A stretch of 64,000 nucleotides of DNA, from IMG/VR virus record IMGVR_UViG_3300031949_000024, positions 5,678 through 69,677 of that record; one strand, 5' to 3'. Shown piece by piece: positions 45,501-57,376 of the stretch. The notes beneath the pieces are model-generated. The model ran no database searches. It saw nothing but the letters and a program-made list of their open reading frames with translations, and was not told the origin of the DNA. Source of the stretch: a virus. Its lineage: Duplodnaviria > Caudoviricetes. The position numbers and the translations under genes were made by a program. Position 1 is the stretch's first letter. Each line of letters begins with the position of its first letter.

Positions 45501-46566
45501 CGAAGTCCTCGCCCGCTACACGGACTGTTCGGTGTGGAAGTCGCCCTGCTGCGGCATCACGGTGGACGACCGTGGCGAGACGGGATGGAAGTCCAAGCGC
45601 GACTACTACCCGCTTGACCGCGATGGCCGTGAGATCCAGCGAGGTGCGCGATGAGCGACTCCCGTACCGAGGCCATTGACCTTGCCTGGGCCAACCACAT
45701 CACCCGAGACCGCAACATCACCCGAGCGCAGTCCCGCATGTGGGCCATCCACGAAATGATGGCCGCCGGGGTGCACTACTCGCAGGCGAAGGTGTTGGTG
45801 GGCGGGTCGCAGCTGCCGTCCAACACCGGACTGGTCGGTGCGGCATGAGCGACATCGCAGGCATGGTCCGGCTGATGCAGCACGCCGCCGGACTCCTTGA
45901 AGTCCAGATCGATCAACTCACCGAACCTGGCAGGGGCAGCGGTTCCCAGCCTGTCATCGCGGCCATGGCCTACGCGGAGGCCGTCCTCCAGATGGTTGCC
46001 GCCTCCGTCACGCCCGATGGTGAAGCGGAGCGTGTGGATCGGCTGGTCGGCCGGTTGACGTCGGACTACGACGGCTGGGCCGACGAGTACACCCAGACCC
46101 AGATGTCACATGGGGAGCTGGTGTCGGTGGGCCGGTTCCTGCGGTGGGCTCTCGCCAATGAGGACGGTGCGGCATGAGCGCCCTGTGGATCGAGGACACT
46201 GTGGATCTGGTTGGCCACCACCGGATCCTCCACCAAGTCACCTACTACGAGTCGCTGGCGAAGGGCCACGTCTGGGAGTGCCACTGCGGTATGACGGCGG
46301 AGTGTCTGCCCGACTCCGGCGCGGCTCGGCGTGATGCCCGACGCCATACCGACACCGAGATCCTGGCCGCTCTTGCTGAAGCTGGGCTACTCCTCCAACC
46401 AGGAGGAGAGAGCCGGCAGGAGGTCAGTTGGTCGCACGGCGACGGCACCGACTGCACCGACGAGGACTGTCTCGACCGGTGGAAGGTGGCGCGAACGGTC
46501 ACCGAATGGCCGGACGGCACCGAGCTGATCACGCCGTGGCTTCCGGTTGACGGCGGTGCGTCGTGA
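42573..46566 (+). other. Array of small early hypothetical genes (42573-42764, 42761-43222, 43219-43494, 43621-43794, 43908-44111, 44179-44646, 44643-44999, 44996-45388, 45385-45654, 45651-45848, 45845-46177, 46174-46566)
   Basis: Mostly RTGA-coupled with SD motifs; no catalytic motifs recognised. Confidence 0.6.
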
Positions 46567-46970
46567 ACCCGCCGCTCAACCAGAAGGAACTCGGCGCCCG
46601 GATGCGCGCCGCGCGGGAAGCCATAGGCGAGACCCTGCTGACCGCCGATGCCCGCACCGGCATCCCGTCAGTGGTGCTCGGCTCGTATGAGCGCGGGGAC
46701 CGGAATCCGAGCCTGCACCGGGCCGCCGAGTGGGTGGCCGCGTTCGGGCACCGGCTCGTGGTCCTCAGCCCTGACGAGCGGGTGGTGTCAACCAAGACGA
46801 CAGGCGAGGTGTGGGTGTCGTACGTCGTCGTGTACGGGCCGAATGAGGACGGGGTCATCGAATGCGACTCGGAGGCCGAGGCGGAAGTCCTGGCCCAGCA
46901 CATCAACCTGTCGAAGGTCGGGCGTCGGGTCAACCAGCGCGGCGACATCAACTTCGGAGGTCCGTGGTGA
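46563..46970 (+). CDS. XRE-family HTH protein
   Basis: LGARMRAAREA.G.TL......TGIP..VLGSYERGDRNPS. Confidence 0.75.
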   Translation: MNPPLNQKELGARMRAAREAIGETLLTADARTGIPSVVLGSYERGDRNPSLHRAAEWVAAFGHRLVVLSPDERVVSTKTTGEVWVSYVVVYGPNEDGVIECDSEAEAEVLAQHINLSKVGRRVNQRGDINFGGPW

Positions 46971-49876
46971 TCTGCGGTCTCATCATCGTCGCGGTCATCA
47001 CGATCATCGTCGTGGACCACTACGCGCAGAAGCAGGGGAGACGGGAATGACCCGCGAGCAGAAGACCATGCTGGTCTTCACGTACACGGTCGCGAACGCC
47101 GCTTTCGTCGGGGTTTTGTTGATCGTGCTGCACGCGTCGCCGGTCTGGCCCGGCATGGTGGTCGCCTTGGCCCTCTCGGCCGTGACGGGCTGGCTGGCGG
47201 TGAGGTCGAAGTGACGCCAGGGGATGAGATCGCGTTCCGGATAGCGGTCGGGGTGTTCGTCCTGGGCCTGGCCATCTTCGCCGCGTGGAAGGTCATCGAC
47301 TGGCGGGCCGAACGGCGGCGGGCGGCCCGCTTCGAAGCCCGCCGGTCCCCTGTGGACAGACCTGTGGACGAAGACACGGTGGAGATCAAGCCGTACGTGT
47401 GCCCGTCGTGCAAGCGGAACGCCGGGCATGACGACAAGTGCTACGTGAGGCGGCAGGAACGCCGGGCCGCCGAGATCAAGATTCCACGCAAAGGGGAACC
47501 GCAGTGAGGCGCATCTTCCGCTACGAGGTGCCGGTCGATGACCAGCGGCACTCATTCAGCTTGACTGCCATGCCCATGTCGGTCAGCTGCCGGAACCCTC
47601 GTGTCGTCGAGTTCTGGGCCATCGACAACGGATCGAGGTGAAGTCGTGATCTTCCTCGTCGTCGAGTTCTTGGCCCTTGCTGGTCTTGCCCGGTTGGCTT
47701 TCGTCTACCACCAAAAGTCCCAACCAGCACCCGAGCCGGAGTACGCGTACGAGCCGGAGCACTACGAGAAGGGTGGGCCGTTGAAGACGCGGCGGGCGCA
47801 CGGCGGCAAGTCAGCGATGGTGCTGATGATCGCCACCCCGGATCCGGTGGAGGTGGCGGACATGGTGCTGTCGCTGTCGCTGGCCTTCGCCCCGCCGCCG
47901 TTGGAGCTCCGAACCCGACCAACGCATGTGGACTGGCTGGACACGCAGGAGATCGAGATTCGGTGGCACGAGCACTTCGCCGACCAGCCGGACAACCGTG
48001 CCGTGATGAAGGTCGGGAACCACCGTGCGTAGGGCGTGGCTGCGGTACATGACCCTGCATGCCGCCCTGACCCGGATTGCTGTTCTCGAAGCCGAGCTTC
48101 ACCACCTCCGCCACCTCCTCGCCTTCCAGCGTGAGGAGCTGAAGGACCGGGCACAGGCCCGTATCGACTCTTCCCTGTCGGCGCGGGTTGCGATGGCCAA
48201 GGGCGTCAAGAAGGCCAGAACAGGAGCGACAAGGTGATCAAGCACGAGTACACCAAGGACCGCGTCGTCATCACCCTGACCGGCGGGAGCGACATCTTCC
48301 GGTTCGCCGTGAACATGCTCAACGACCAGACGGAGTACTGCGAGGTCGGCCGCGCCATTCTCGTTGAGCAGCGGGAGCGCATCGGCGCCGCGTCGTTCGA
48401 CGACTGGGCGGTCCGGATTCTCGGCGAGGAGACCTTTACCCGGCTGACGTCCTACTTCCGGCGGGATCGGTTCTGCCTTGTCTGCGACAAGCCAGTGCGC
48501 GGGACGATCCCGAAGAATCGGCGGCTGGCGATGGCGCGTGCGCTCTGCCGGGAGTGTCCGTCGTGAGCATCGTCTACCTGTCGCAGATGTCGGCCGCCTG
48601 CCGCGCCGGCCTGACCGAACTCTGTACGGACGCCAGTTGTGAGAGCTACCTCCACGACGGCGACGACTTGGAACCGTTCGAGTCCGACTGCGATCACGAG
48701 CGCGCCGAGCGGCACCACCTGGAATGCCCGGACTGCGGTGCCGAACTGGCTCCGCCCGAGCCGTTGGTCGATGACATGACGTGGCTGTCTGCTGATGACC
48801 GAGCCCGACGACGGGAGGCAACCCGATGAGCGCCATGCCTGAGATCAAGTTCCTGCTCTGGTCGAACAAGCACGCCATGTGGTGGCGGCCGGACTCCCGC
48901 GGCTACACCGTCAACCGCGACGAGGCCGGTAGGTACACGCAGGCCGAGGCGCTGGAGAAGGTGCTCGCCTCGTCGTTCTGCATGATCCTGGAGCAGGTCA
49001 CGTGCATGGTCGCGGAGGCACTCGATGCCTGATCCCCACCTCCTTTCCTGGGACTGGCGTGAACAGCCCGACCTTGCCGAGCTGGCCCGTGCCCTGACTG
49101 ACGTGTCCAACGGAACCGTTCACCTGACTGAGGTGGCCACAGGTGATGACCAGTACGCCATCGTCCTGGACTCGTATCCGGTGACCGAGCTGGACGCGTA
49201 CGAGATGTACCGGAGCAGGTCGTGATCGACCTCGAAGCGATCACGGCGAAGTGGCTGAACCAGTGCGGGCCGTGCGACTACGGCATGCCCGAGTACGGCT
49301 GCACCCACCCGTCAGGCGACTACAGGCCGGTGATGCTGGACCTGGTCGAGGAGATCGAGCGGCTGCGGCGGGGCGCGATCTACCGCGCGGGTTTCAACGG
49401 CGTCATCTGTCGTCGCTGCGGTGGCGGGGAGAATGACCACCGCATGCACTGCCGCTACTACGTCGGCCCGCTGGAGCACCGGTTCACGCACGACCGCTGG
49501 AATGACACGTTCGGCGGCCGCGACTTCGACTGCATCTGTGGCCGCTCGGTGCGCGTGAGCGGCATGGCCGGTTCGGTGCCATACGGCGACGAGCCCGTGT
49601 GCCCGGATGCGGCTGTTGCGGAGCGCGGCGGCGTTGAACGCCTACACATCTGCCACGGCTGCGAGGGCGAGATCGCGGTCGCCGATCAGCGGAAGCTTGA
49701 GACCGGCGGCGGCGATGGCTGAGGTGTGGATCGTCAACGGCCACCTTCCGACGTGCGCCTACACCCAGTCGCTCGACGACCTCGAAGGTCACGAGGCGTG
49801 CACCTGCAGCGGCTGGGACGACGAGGACGAGGACGACGGTTCGGACTACTACGTGGAGGGCGATTCAGGATGGTGA
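46967..49876 (+). other. Array of small hypothetical and membrane genes (including 47047-47214, 47211-47507, 47504-47641, 47647-48032, 48025-48237, 48234-48566, 48563-48829, 48826-49032, 49025-49225, 49222-49722, 49715-49876)
   Basis: Coupled stop/start overlaps; several TM or Cys-rich peptides. Confidence 0.55.
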
Positions 49877-50835
49877 CCCCGACACCACGCCTCGGCTGGG
49901 AAGCCGACCGCTACGAATGGCTCCACGCCCGCCGCCAAGGACTCGGCGCCTCCGACGTGGCCGCCCTGCTCGGGTTCAGCACCTACACCACCCCGTGGCA
50001 GGTGTGGGCCGAGAAGACCAACGCTGCCCGTCCACCTGACGAGATGTCCGAAGCGGCCGCTCTGGGTACCGCGTTGGAGCCGTGGCTCGTCGGCCAGGCC
50101 GCGGTGCTGCTGGACCGGCCCGTCATGCGAACCGAGCACCAGCTGTATGCCCACGCCGAGCACCCGTGGCGGCTGTGCTCACCCGACGCCGAGGCCGGCC
50201 CGGACACCCTCGTCGAAGCGAAGACCGCCGGGCTCCTGTCGCGGCGTCCGGCGAAGGGCTGGGACGACGACGCCGTCCCGTTGGGGTACGAGTTCCAGGC
50301 CCGGTGGGCGATGCACGTCATGGACCGCATGAAGGTCGAGATGGTGGCGCTCGTCGCCGGCCACGGCGTCCTTCATCGGTCCCTCGTCCGGGACCTGTCG
50401 ATCGAGGCCGACCTTGTGGCGCAGGTGTCGGAGTGGTGGCAGCACCACGTCGTCGAAGGCAACGAACCGCCCGTCGGGGAACTGGACAACGCCATGCTGT
50501 CGCTGGTGTACCCGAAGCCCGACGGGACCGAGGTCGACCTGGACGACACCGACGCCGACCGGCTGTGGCTCGCCTACCTCGCCGCCCGCGACCAGGAACG
50601 CACATCCAAGGCAGTCAAGGAAGGCGCCGGGGCCGCGTTGAAGCGGCTCCTCGGCGACCACGAACACGGACTCCTCGCCGGCAGGGTCGCCGTCGCGTGG
50701 GGTACCCGCAAGGGCCCCATCGACTACAAGCGGCTCGTCGCCGACCTCATCGCCACCACCGACATCGACGTGCCCGACCCGGAGCTTTACCGGGGCCCGT
50801 CCAGCCGCAGCCTCTCCGTGAAGGAACCGAAATGA
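49870..50835 (+). CDS. YqaJ-like (lambda exonuclease family) viral recombinase exonuclease
   Basis: W...RR.GLGASDVAA, G..LEP, CSPD, LVEAKT, YEFQARW; adjacent to recT. Confidence 0.92.
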   Translation: MVTPTPRLGWEADRYEWLHARRQGLGASDVAALLGFSTYTTPWQVWAEKTNAARPPDEMSEAAALGTALEPWLVGQAAVLLDRPVMRTEHQLYAHAEHPWRLCSPDAEAGPDTLVEAKTAGLLSRRPAKGWDDDAVPLGYEFQARWAMHVMDRMKVEMVALVAGHGVLHRSLVRDLSIEADLVAQVSEWWQHHVVEGNEPPVGELDNAMLSLVYPKPDGTEVDLDDTDADRLWLAYLAARDQERTSKAVKEGAGAALKRLLGDHEHGLLAGRVAVAWGTRKGPIDYKRLVADLIATTDIDVPDPELYRGPSSRSLSVKEPK

Positions 50836-51788
50836 GCACCGACGCGCGGACCGCGCTGGCCACCCGCCGAGAGAACGGCGGCGTCGCAAAGAACACACTC
50901 ACCGACGACATCCGCAACATGGCCAGCCAGTTCCAGGCCGCCATGCCCCGAGGCGCCGAAGCCACCCAACTCATCCGGGACGCCCTGACCGCACTACGCA
51001 TGACGCCGAAGCTCGGCCAGTGCGACTCATCCTCCGTCCTCGGCGCGCTCATGACCTGCGCCCAGCTCGGCCTTCGTCCCGGCGTGCTCGGGCATGCGTG
51101 GCTGCTGCCGTTCTGGGACAGCAAGGCCAACGCGGACGAGAAAGGCCGACCCCGAGGCGGATACAAGGCCCAGTTCGTCGTCGGCTACCAAGGGCTGGTC
51201 GAGTTGGCCCACCGGTCCGGGAAGATCTCGTCCCTGATCGCCCGCACCGTGTACGCCAACGACCAGTTCGACGTCGACTACGGCCTGGCCGACTCCCTCG
51301 TCCACAAGCCGAACCTGTTCGCCGACCGCGGCGACCCGATCGCCTACTACGCCATCGCCAAGTTTGCCGGCGGCGGGCATTCGTTCATCGTCATGACCCA
51401 GCGGGAGATGCTCGCCTACCGCGACCGGCACGCCAAAGCACGCAGCAAGGAAGGCCGGATCTTCGGACCGTGGGTGGACCACTTCGAGCCCATGGCCCAC
51501 AAGACGTGCGTGCGGCAACTGTCGAAGTACACGCCGAAGTCGACCGACATGGCCGCTGCGATCGAGGCCGACGGTGGGGTGCGGGTCGACCTCACCCCGA
51601 CGGTTCCGGCGGACGAGGCGACCACCCACCCGGACTGGGAAGGCGAGGTGGTCGGCGAGCAGGAGCCCGACGAGCAGCAGGAGTGGCCGGACACCGCCCA
51701 ACCTCCCGACGCCCAGCCGGCCAAACGCACCCGGGCCAAGGCCGAGGCCGAGCCACTCCCGGGGACCATCGATGCAGACTCGGAGTAG
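50832..51788 (+). CDS. recT: RecT ssDNA-annealing protein
   Basis: AQLGL.PG.LGHAWLLPF, QFVVGYQGLVELAHRSG, W..HFE.MAHKT. Confidence 0.93.
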   Translation: MSTDARTALATRRENGGVAKNTLTDDIRNMASQFQAAMPRGAEATQLIRDALTALRMTPKLGQCDSSSVLGALMTCAQLGLRPGVLGHAWLLPFWDSKANADEKGRPRGGYKAQFVVGYQGLVELAHRSGKISSLIARTVYANDQFDVDYGLADSLVHKPNLFADRGDPIAYYAIAKFAGGGHSFIVMTQREMLAYRDRHAKARSKEGRIFGPWVDHFEPMAHKTCVRQLSKYTPKSTDMAAAIEADGGVRVDLTPTVPADEATTHPDWEGEVVGEQEPDEQQEWPDTAQPPDAQPAKRTRAKAEAEPLPGTIDADSE

Positions 51789-52179
51789 GCCGAAAGGCCC
51801 GGACGCGGAGACCGTGCAGATCGTTTTTCAGCGTGCTCTCCGCGGTGACGTGATCTGCTGCGAGGTCTGCGGCGGACCCGTCACCGGCGAGCGTGGCGTG
51901 GACTGGGCGCTACATCATCGCCGTGGCCGCGACGAACGGCCAGACTCCCATTCGGCGCAGAACCAGATGGTGGTGCATGGAGCCGACAACGTGACCGCAT
52001 GCCATGGCCGGATCCACCGCAACACCTCGGGTGAGGCGCGGGCCGCCGGATGGCTGGTCTCCCGCAACGGCATCAACTACGACCCGCTGCTGGTGCCGGT
52101 GCTCATCGACGACGGGTCGCGACGCGTCTACTTCGGGGCTGACGGCGGCTACCACGACGAACTGGAGAGTGCCGCGTGA
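51772..52179 (+). CDS. HNH endonuclease-like protein
   Basis: CEVCG, LHHRRGR, N......ACHGRIH. Confidence 0.75.
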   Translation: MQTRSRPKGPDAETVQIVFQRALRGDVICCEVCGGPVTGERGVDWALHHRRGRDERPDSHSAQNQMVVHGADNVTACHGRIHRNTSGEARAAGWLVSRNGINYDPLLVPVLIDDGSRRVYFGADGGYHDELESAA

Positions 52180-55121
52180 ACGCCAAGCTGCTCGGTCCGG
52201 CCGATGAGCCGCAGCGCGCCGGCTCCGTAGTTGCGGTGCACTACGGCGACTACCGGCGGCAGGAAATCTGGGTCGCCTCCGGCAGCAACGTCGGCAACTG
52301 GTACCCACTCGGCGGCGAGCACTGGGTGGTGTGGGACCGCCAGCGAATGCCGGCCGGCGTTACCGATCCGCATCCAGATTGGAGCAACGTGCTCGCGCGG
52401 GGTCCGGTCACTCTGCTGGTCGCTGGCGCCGAGCAAGCATACGCCGAGGGCTGGGCGCAGGGCCGGCATGACCTGTGGCAGACCATGGAGGAGTTGGCCG
52501 GTGAGGGCCCGTGACCAGGCACTTCCGGTGGGAGGACCGATGACCACACCCGAGGCCGCCACCTGTGCCTGCGGACACAAGATCATGGTCCATCAGTGGA
52601 TGCCGGCAACGAAGACCCTCCGCGCCGGCAACCGCGGGGAATGCTCGGTACAGGACTCGACCGGCAAATGCCCATGCCGAGGCCCGCGGTGAGCCGTTAC
52701 CGCGATAACCGTAGCTACACCCCACCGGCCCCGGTGCGTTGCGGGGACTGTGGGGAGCCGTCAGACCGTCCCGCCGACGGGCTAGGGATCCACATCCCGG
52801 GCTGTTCCCATGGCGGGGCTGTGGTTGGGGTCCTGTCGGAGAACGCACCAGAGAGGGGAGAGCCGTCGTGACCACTTTCGAGCTCGCCGAGGCGCGCGGC
52901 TGGGCCAAGGCTGTTGCCGCCATCCAGGTCGAGGCGGGACGTCAGCGGGCGCAGGGCCGTGACTCGCTGGCCGCGTCCTTCGATCTGGTCGTCCAAACCC
53001 TCGCCGGCAAGTGCGGCGATGTTGAGGTGTCGCACCGTTGGGGTGCCCGGTGGTGGATGTCGGAGCATGTGGACGAGTTCGCGTCCCGGCATGCGGCGGC
53101 AGAGTTTGCGGCGTTGCGTGGGCTGGTGGTGGTCGCCCGAACTGTCGTCACCGATGTGGACTGGCTGGTTGTCGAGGGAGTGTCGGATGCCGAGTAACTG
53201 GCCACGGGTCACAGCCGGGCAGCGCGCCGCCCTTCACCGGACACAGGTCCGCGCCTACCGCTACCTCGAGGATGCTGCCCCGGACCTGGCCGGGATCAAC
53301 CCGGGAGCCGCCGAGACCGCAGCGGAGGTCGTTGTTCGGCTCCGGCCCTACGTTGAGACAGGAGAGACCGATGAGTGAAGTGAGCACCGAACTGGGCGCG
53401 GCCGTGGCCGAGGCGTGCGAGCGGATCAGGTCCCTTGAGGCTGAGCGGGACTCCCTCGCTGCCCAACGGGATCAACTCGCGGTAGGTCTCAACGCGCTCG
53501 GGTTCCGGTCGGAGACCGAAGCCGAGGTGATCCCAGACGCGCTCGCGTTCGCGAATGCCCTCGCTGCACAGGTTGAGCATTGGAAGGAACTCCAGCACGT
53601 CACCAACCGGAACGCGACCGACCTGTTCATGGGTCTTGCCCGAGCGAAATTCATGGATCTCGCCCGAGCGAACGCCGAACGGGATGCCCTCTTTGCCCAA
53701 CTAGAACGAGCCCGGCCAGTCCTCGAAGCAGCAGCAGCGCTGGTTGGTGACTGGCAGGCCAAGCGCTCGACCCACGGCGGCCGCCTCACTGCTGCCGTGG
53801 ACGCCTACCAGTCCTCCCCATCGGAGCCCGCGCCGTGACTACACCAGTACCCCAAGAGGCGTATGCGGCTGGTGCCGCCGCCACCGAGGTCTACCGGCGG
53901 CGTACTGGCCTGACTCCGGCCGCGTTCGACCACTACGTCCTCGCCTACGCCGCCGCCGCCGTCGAAGCGGTCTGGCCGCTGGCGTTCGAGGCCGGCCGGG
54001 CCACAGTCCGGGCCGAGGTAGCAGCCGAGATCCGCAACCGCACGGCCGACGTGATGTCCCGCGCCGAAGCATTGGCGGGCGCCAGCGACGAGAGCCATCC
54101 GTTCGCTCTCGGCGCCGAGTGGGCTGCTCGTATCGCTGAAGGCAAGACCGACACCAAGGAGGAGACGAAATGAGCGACATTCGCGCCAGCATCAGCGAGG
54201 TGATCGCCGACAGTTTGGAGCGCATCGCCGGCGCCGAGAGGCAGGCGGCGTTGGTCGACGCGATCTGCCGGGTGATTCCGCCGTTCGAGCCGGAGTTCCT
54301 CGACGCCGCCCAGCAGATCCGGTTGGAGTCCGTCCGGCTGATGCTGGCCAACCGGATGCACGACTTGCTGGACCAGCTCCTGGACGAGGCGTTGAAGGTT
54401 GCCTCGGCCATCGAGACCGGTCAGGTGCCGGCGAAGACCGACACCGAGGAGGCGAAGTGACCCGCTACCGACCGTCTGATGCACTCATCGCAGCCCTCGC
54501 CGAGGTGCTGCCTGAGGACACCGGCTCCCAGATGGATCCGAGGGTCGGGATGTGGCTGCTCGGGTTCGACCTTCCGGGTGTGGGCCGGATCCGGATCCAG
54601 AAGGAGGCGTTGGTGGAGGTGGAGGAGCCACTACCGCCAGAGCCGCCGTACCTCTCGATTGCGAACTTCGGCGAGGAGGGCCCGTTCATCCGGCGGACGA
54701 ATCAGCGGTGGCAGAACCTCGGCGGCTACGACTTCGACTACGCCGACCTGTGCCGCTTCGGACCGCCGGTCCTGCTGGTTCCTGATCCGCTCACAGAGGC
54801 ACCCGAACTGCCATGGGAAGGACCGAGCGAGGCCGGCCGTCGCATCGGCGTGCACCTCGACGGCGACGTTTACGACCCGCCGCTGGCCCGCATCACCATC
54901 GACGGCAGGGACATGTTGTCGTTGGCCGGCGACCGAACCCGTCAGATGGGTCTGGCTCTTCTGCGTGCCGCCGCCCAGCAGCAGGAGGACCGCGCACAGC
55001 AAGAGGAGAAGACCTGATGGGCGGCAAGGCGCGCCGGCCGGTCAACGTGGTCGATCGCCTCGTGTTCCGGTGGCTGCTCTACATCGAGTTGACGTTGGCC
55101 GTTCTGTTTCTCGTGGGTTGA
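52176..55121 (+). other. Array of small hypothetical genes (52176-52514, 52868-53197, 53371-53838, 53835-54173, 54170-54460, 54457-55017, 55017-55121 and others)
   Basis: Coupled overlaps and SD motifs. Confidence 0.55.
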
Positions 55122-55152
55122 TCACTGGTTCGGTAGCAGGAGAGGAGTAGCA

Positions 55153-55584
55153 GTGGACGCCGACCGCCTTGCCGCCGTCGCCTTGGCCGAGCACCTCGAA
55201 GCGGTCCGGGCGCGACGAGGCATCACCCGGCAGGATCTCGCCGCCCTGGCCGGCATCAGCCCGATCACACTCCGGACCGCGCTGAGCACGGGCCGGGTGT
55301 ACCTGTTCACGATGCTGGCTGTTGCCCGGGTGCTGGGTGTGGACCTGTCCGCGCACAGCGTTGAGGACCGGGAGGTCCAGGCGATCGTGGACGACATCGC
55401 GGTCGAGCGGGCGGTCCGCGGCGAGGTGGTGGTGTTGACCCGGCTGGAGCAGGCGACCGCGGTGAAGGTGATGCAGCAGCGAGGCCGGTCGGCGCAGGTC
55501 ACAGCTGAGACGTTGGGTGTGGATCGTCGGTGGGTGAACCGGGTCCGTGCCGGTGAGGTCAAGTACGCCCGGGAGGTCGCGTGA
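55153..55584 (+). CDS. Two-HTH protein (XRE plus C-terminal HTH)
   Basis: RARRGITRQDLAALAGISPITL; RSAQVTAETLGVDRRWVNR. Confidence 0.7.
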   Translation: MDADRLAAVALAEHLEAVRARRGITRQDLAALAGISPITLRTALSTGRVYLFTMLAVARVLGVDLSAHSVEDREVQAIVDDIAVERAVRGEVVVLTRLEQATAVKVMQQRGRSAQVTAETLGVDRRWVNRVRAGEVKYAREVA

Positions 55585-56150
55585 GCCAGTTCCCGCGGGC
55601 CCGGCCGTCGAAGGTGGCAGCGAAGCCGGCCCGGCCGAAGGCGGCGAAGCATGTACCGCGCTGGTCGCCGGACTCCGACTGGCGAGGTCGATCCTTCTGT
55701 ACCTGTGGTCAGCCGTGGATGTCGCCGGTGCATGCGGTCCAGCCGACCAGTGATGAGCAGCGCGCCGAGGAGCTACGGAGAGTGGGCGAGTCCGATGCGG
55801 AATGACGCTACGTCCGCCGGTCTGCTGCGGTGGGTGACCGGCGCCGCTAGTCGTTGGCGAGGTGCGCGATGAGGGACCCGGGCAGCTCTCGCTTGATCTC
55901 CCAAGAGAAGGTGAGCACGAGCGGTGAGTAATCGAGACCTCAATGCGTGGCGTGGTCGCTACAACCTGTGTGTCGCAACGGATTCAGGGCGCGTGCCGAT
56001 GAGCATCAACATCCGGGAAGTGCGACAATGGATCAGGTGTCCGCCCGGCGCCCCACCGCCGGCGGATGCCCTTCCGACTCCACCGGAAAGGCACCACCCT
56101 ATGCTCGCATCCACCTCCGACATTCACGTTCCTTCGCTGGCGCGTGTCGC

Positions 56151-57182
56151 ATGACGACCCACATCGAGTGGACCGACGAGACCTGGAACGCCATAACCGG
56201 CTGTACGAAGGTCTCCGAGGGCTGCGAACACTGCTACATCGAGCGGACGCCGCCGTTCCGCATGGCCGGTCGTCGCTTCAGCCTGCCGGGCATCGGTGGC
56301 ACGACCGACCTGAAGCTCCACCCTGAGCGGCTGGTGAAGCCGCTCAGTTGGCGCAAGCCCCGGCGGGTGTTCGTCAACTCCCTCGCGGACCTGTTCCACC
56401 ACGGCGTGCCAGACGAGTACATCGCGCGAGTGTTCGCGGTGATGGGCATGGCGCCGAGGCACACGTTCCAGGTGTTGACGAAGAGGCACGCCCGAATGCG
56501 CTCGCTGCTGGCCTCGTCGGCCTTCCGTGTCGCCGTCCTCGACGCAGCACACCTCATCGCCAACGGCGAGATCGGCACTCTGCGCGTTACGTCGGCGGAT
56601 GCAGCGGACTACCGACGCCGCGAGTCCGCCGCGCTGAACGGCCACGCCGACTCAGCGCTGCCGTGGCCGTTGGCCAACGTGTGGGCCGGGGTCAGCGTCG
56701 AGAACCAGGAGTGGGCTGACATCCGCATCCCGGCCCTGCTCGATACCCCGGCCGCTGTCCGCTGGCTGTCGTGTGAACCGCTGCTCGGCCCGGTGAATCT
56801 GATCGGTCAGGGCGGCGACATGGTGGGTGCGGGCATATACGCACTGCCAGACCCGACCGAACATGACGGCGGCGAGCCCGCCTGCCAGAACCACGGCATG
56901 GAGCGCTGTCACCAGGGCTGCCGCTTCGTGGACTGGACTGTCGTGGGGGGTGAGTCCGGCCCGGGCGCCCGGGCGATGAATCTGGACTGGGCGCGGTCCC
57001 TCGTTCAGCAGTGCCAGGCCGCCCGGGTCCCGGTGTTCGTCAAGCAGCTCGGTGCGGTGTGGGCCAGCGACGCGACGTGGAACGGGTCCCCGGTGTCGCA
57101 CGAGGACAAGAAGGGCGGCGAGCCCGGGTACTGGCCGACTGACCTTCAGGTTCGGGAGTACCCGGCTGAGGTGGGCTCATGA
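56151..57182 (+). CDS. DUF5131 / phage Gp37-Gp68-like protein
   Basis: TTHIEWTDETWN.ITGCTKVSEGCEHCY, VFVNS.ADLFH, FQVLTKR, WAGVSVENQ, SCEPLLG, VVGGESG.GAR. Confidence 0.9.
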   Translation: MTTHIEWTDETWNAITGCTKVSEGCEHCYIERTPPFRMAGRRFSLPGIGGTTDLKLHPERLVKPLSWRKPRRVFVNSLADLFHHGVPDEYIARVFAVMGMAPRHTFQVLTKRHARMRSLLASSAFRVAVLDAAHLIANGEIGTLRVTSADAADYRRRESAALNGHADSALPWPLANVWAGVSVENQEWADIRIPALLDTPAAVRWLSCEPLLGPVNLIGQGGDMVGAGIYALPDPTEHDGGEPACQNHGMERCHQGCRFVDWTVVGGESGPGARAMNLDWARSLVQQCQAARVPVFVKQLGAVWASDATWNGSPVSHEDKKGGEPGYWPTDLQVREYPAEVGS

Positions 57183-57376
57183 CCTGCCTCGACACGTGCA
57201 TCACCCCAACACCCGCGCAGTGTCACTGCGCCTCCTGCCACCGCACCTACGGCGGCATCACTGGCTTCGACGCCCACCGCCGCAACGGCGTGTGTGTGGA
57301 CCCGAAGGGCTACATCAAGGTCAAGGGCGTGTGGCGTCAGGAAGCCCCGGCCAACCCGTTCTGGATCGGCCTCTGA
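57179..57376 (+). CDS. FDxHR-type small Zn-binding protein
   Basis: CHCASCHRTYGGITGFDAHR...CVDP. Confidence 0.7.
   Translation: MTCLDTCITPTPAQCHCASCHRTYGGITGFDAHRRNGVCVDPKGYIKVKGVWRQEAPANPFWIGL

Noticed and set aside
50082-50831. 5' extension of the recT ORF
   Set aside because: It overlaps the YqaJ gene; an SD and ATGA coupling support the start at 50832.
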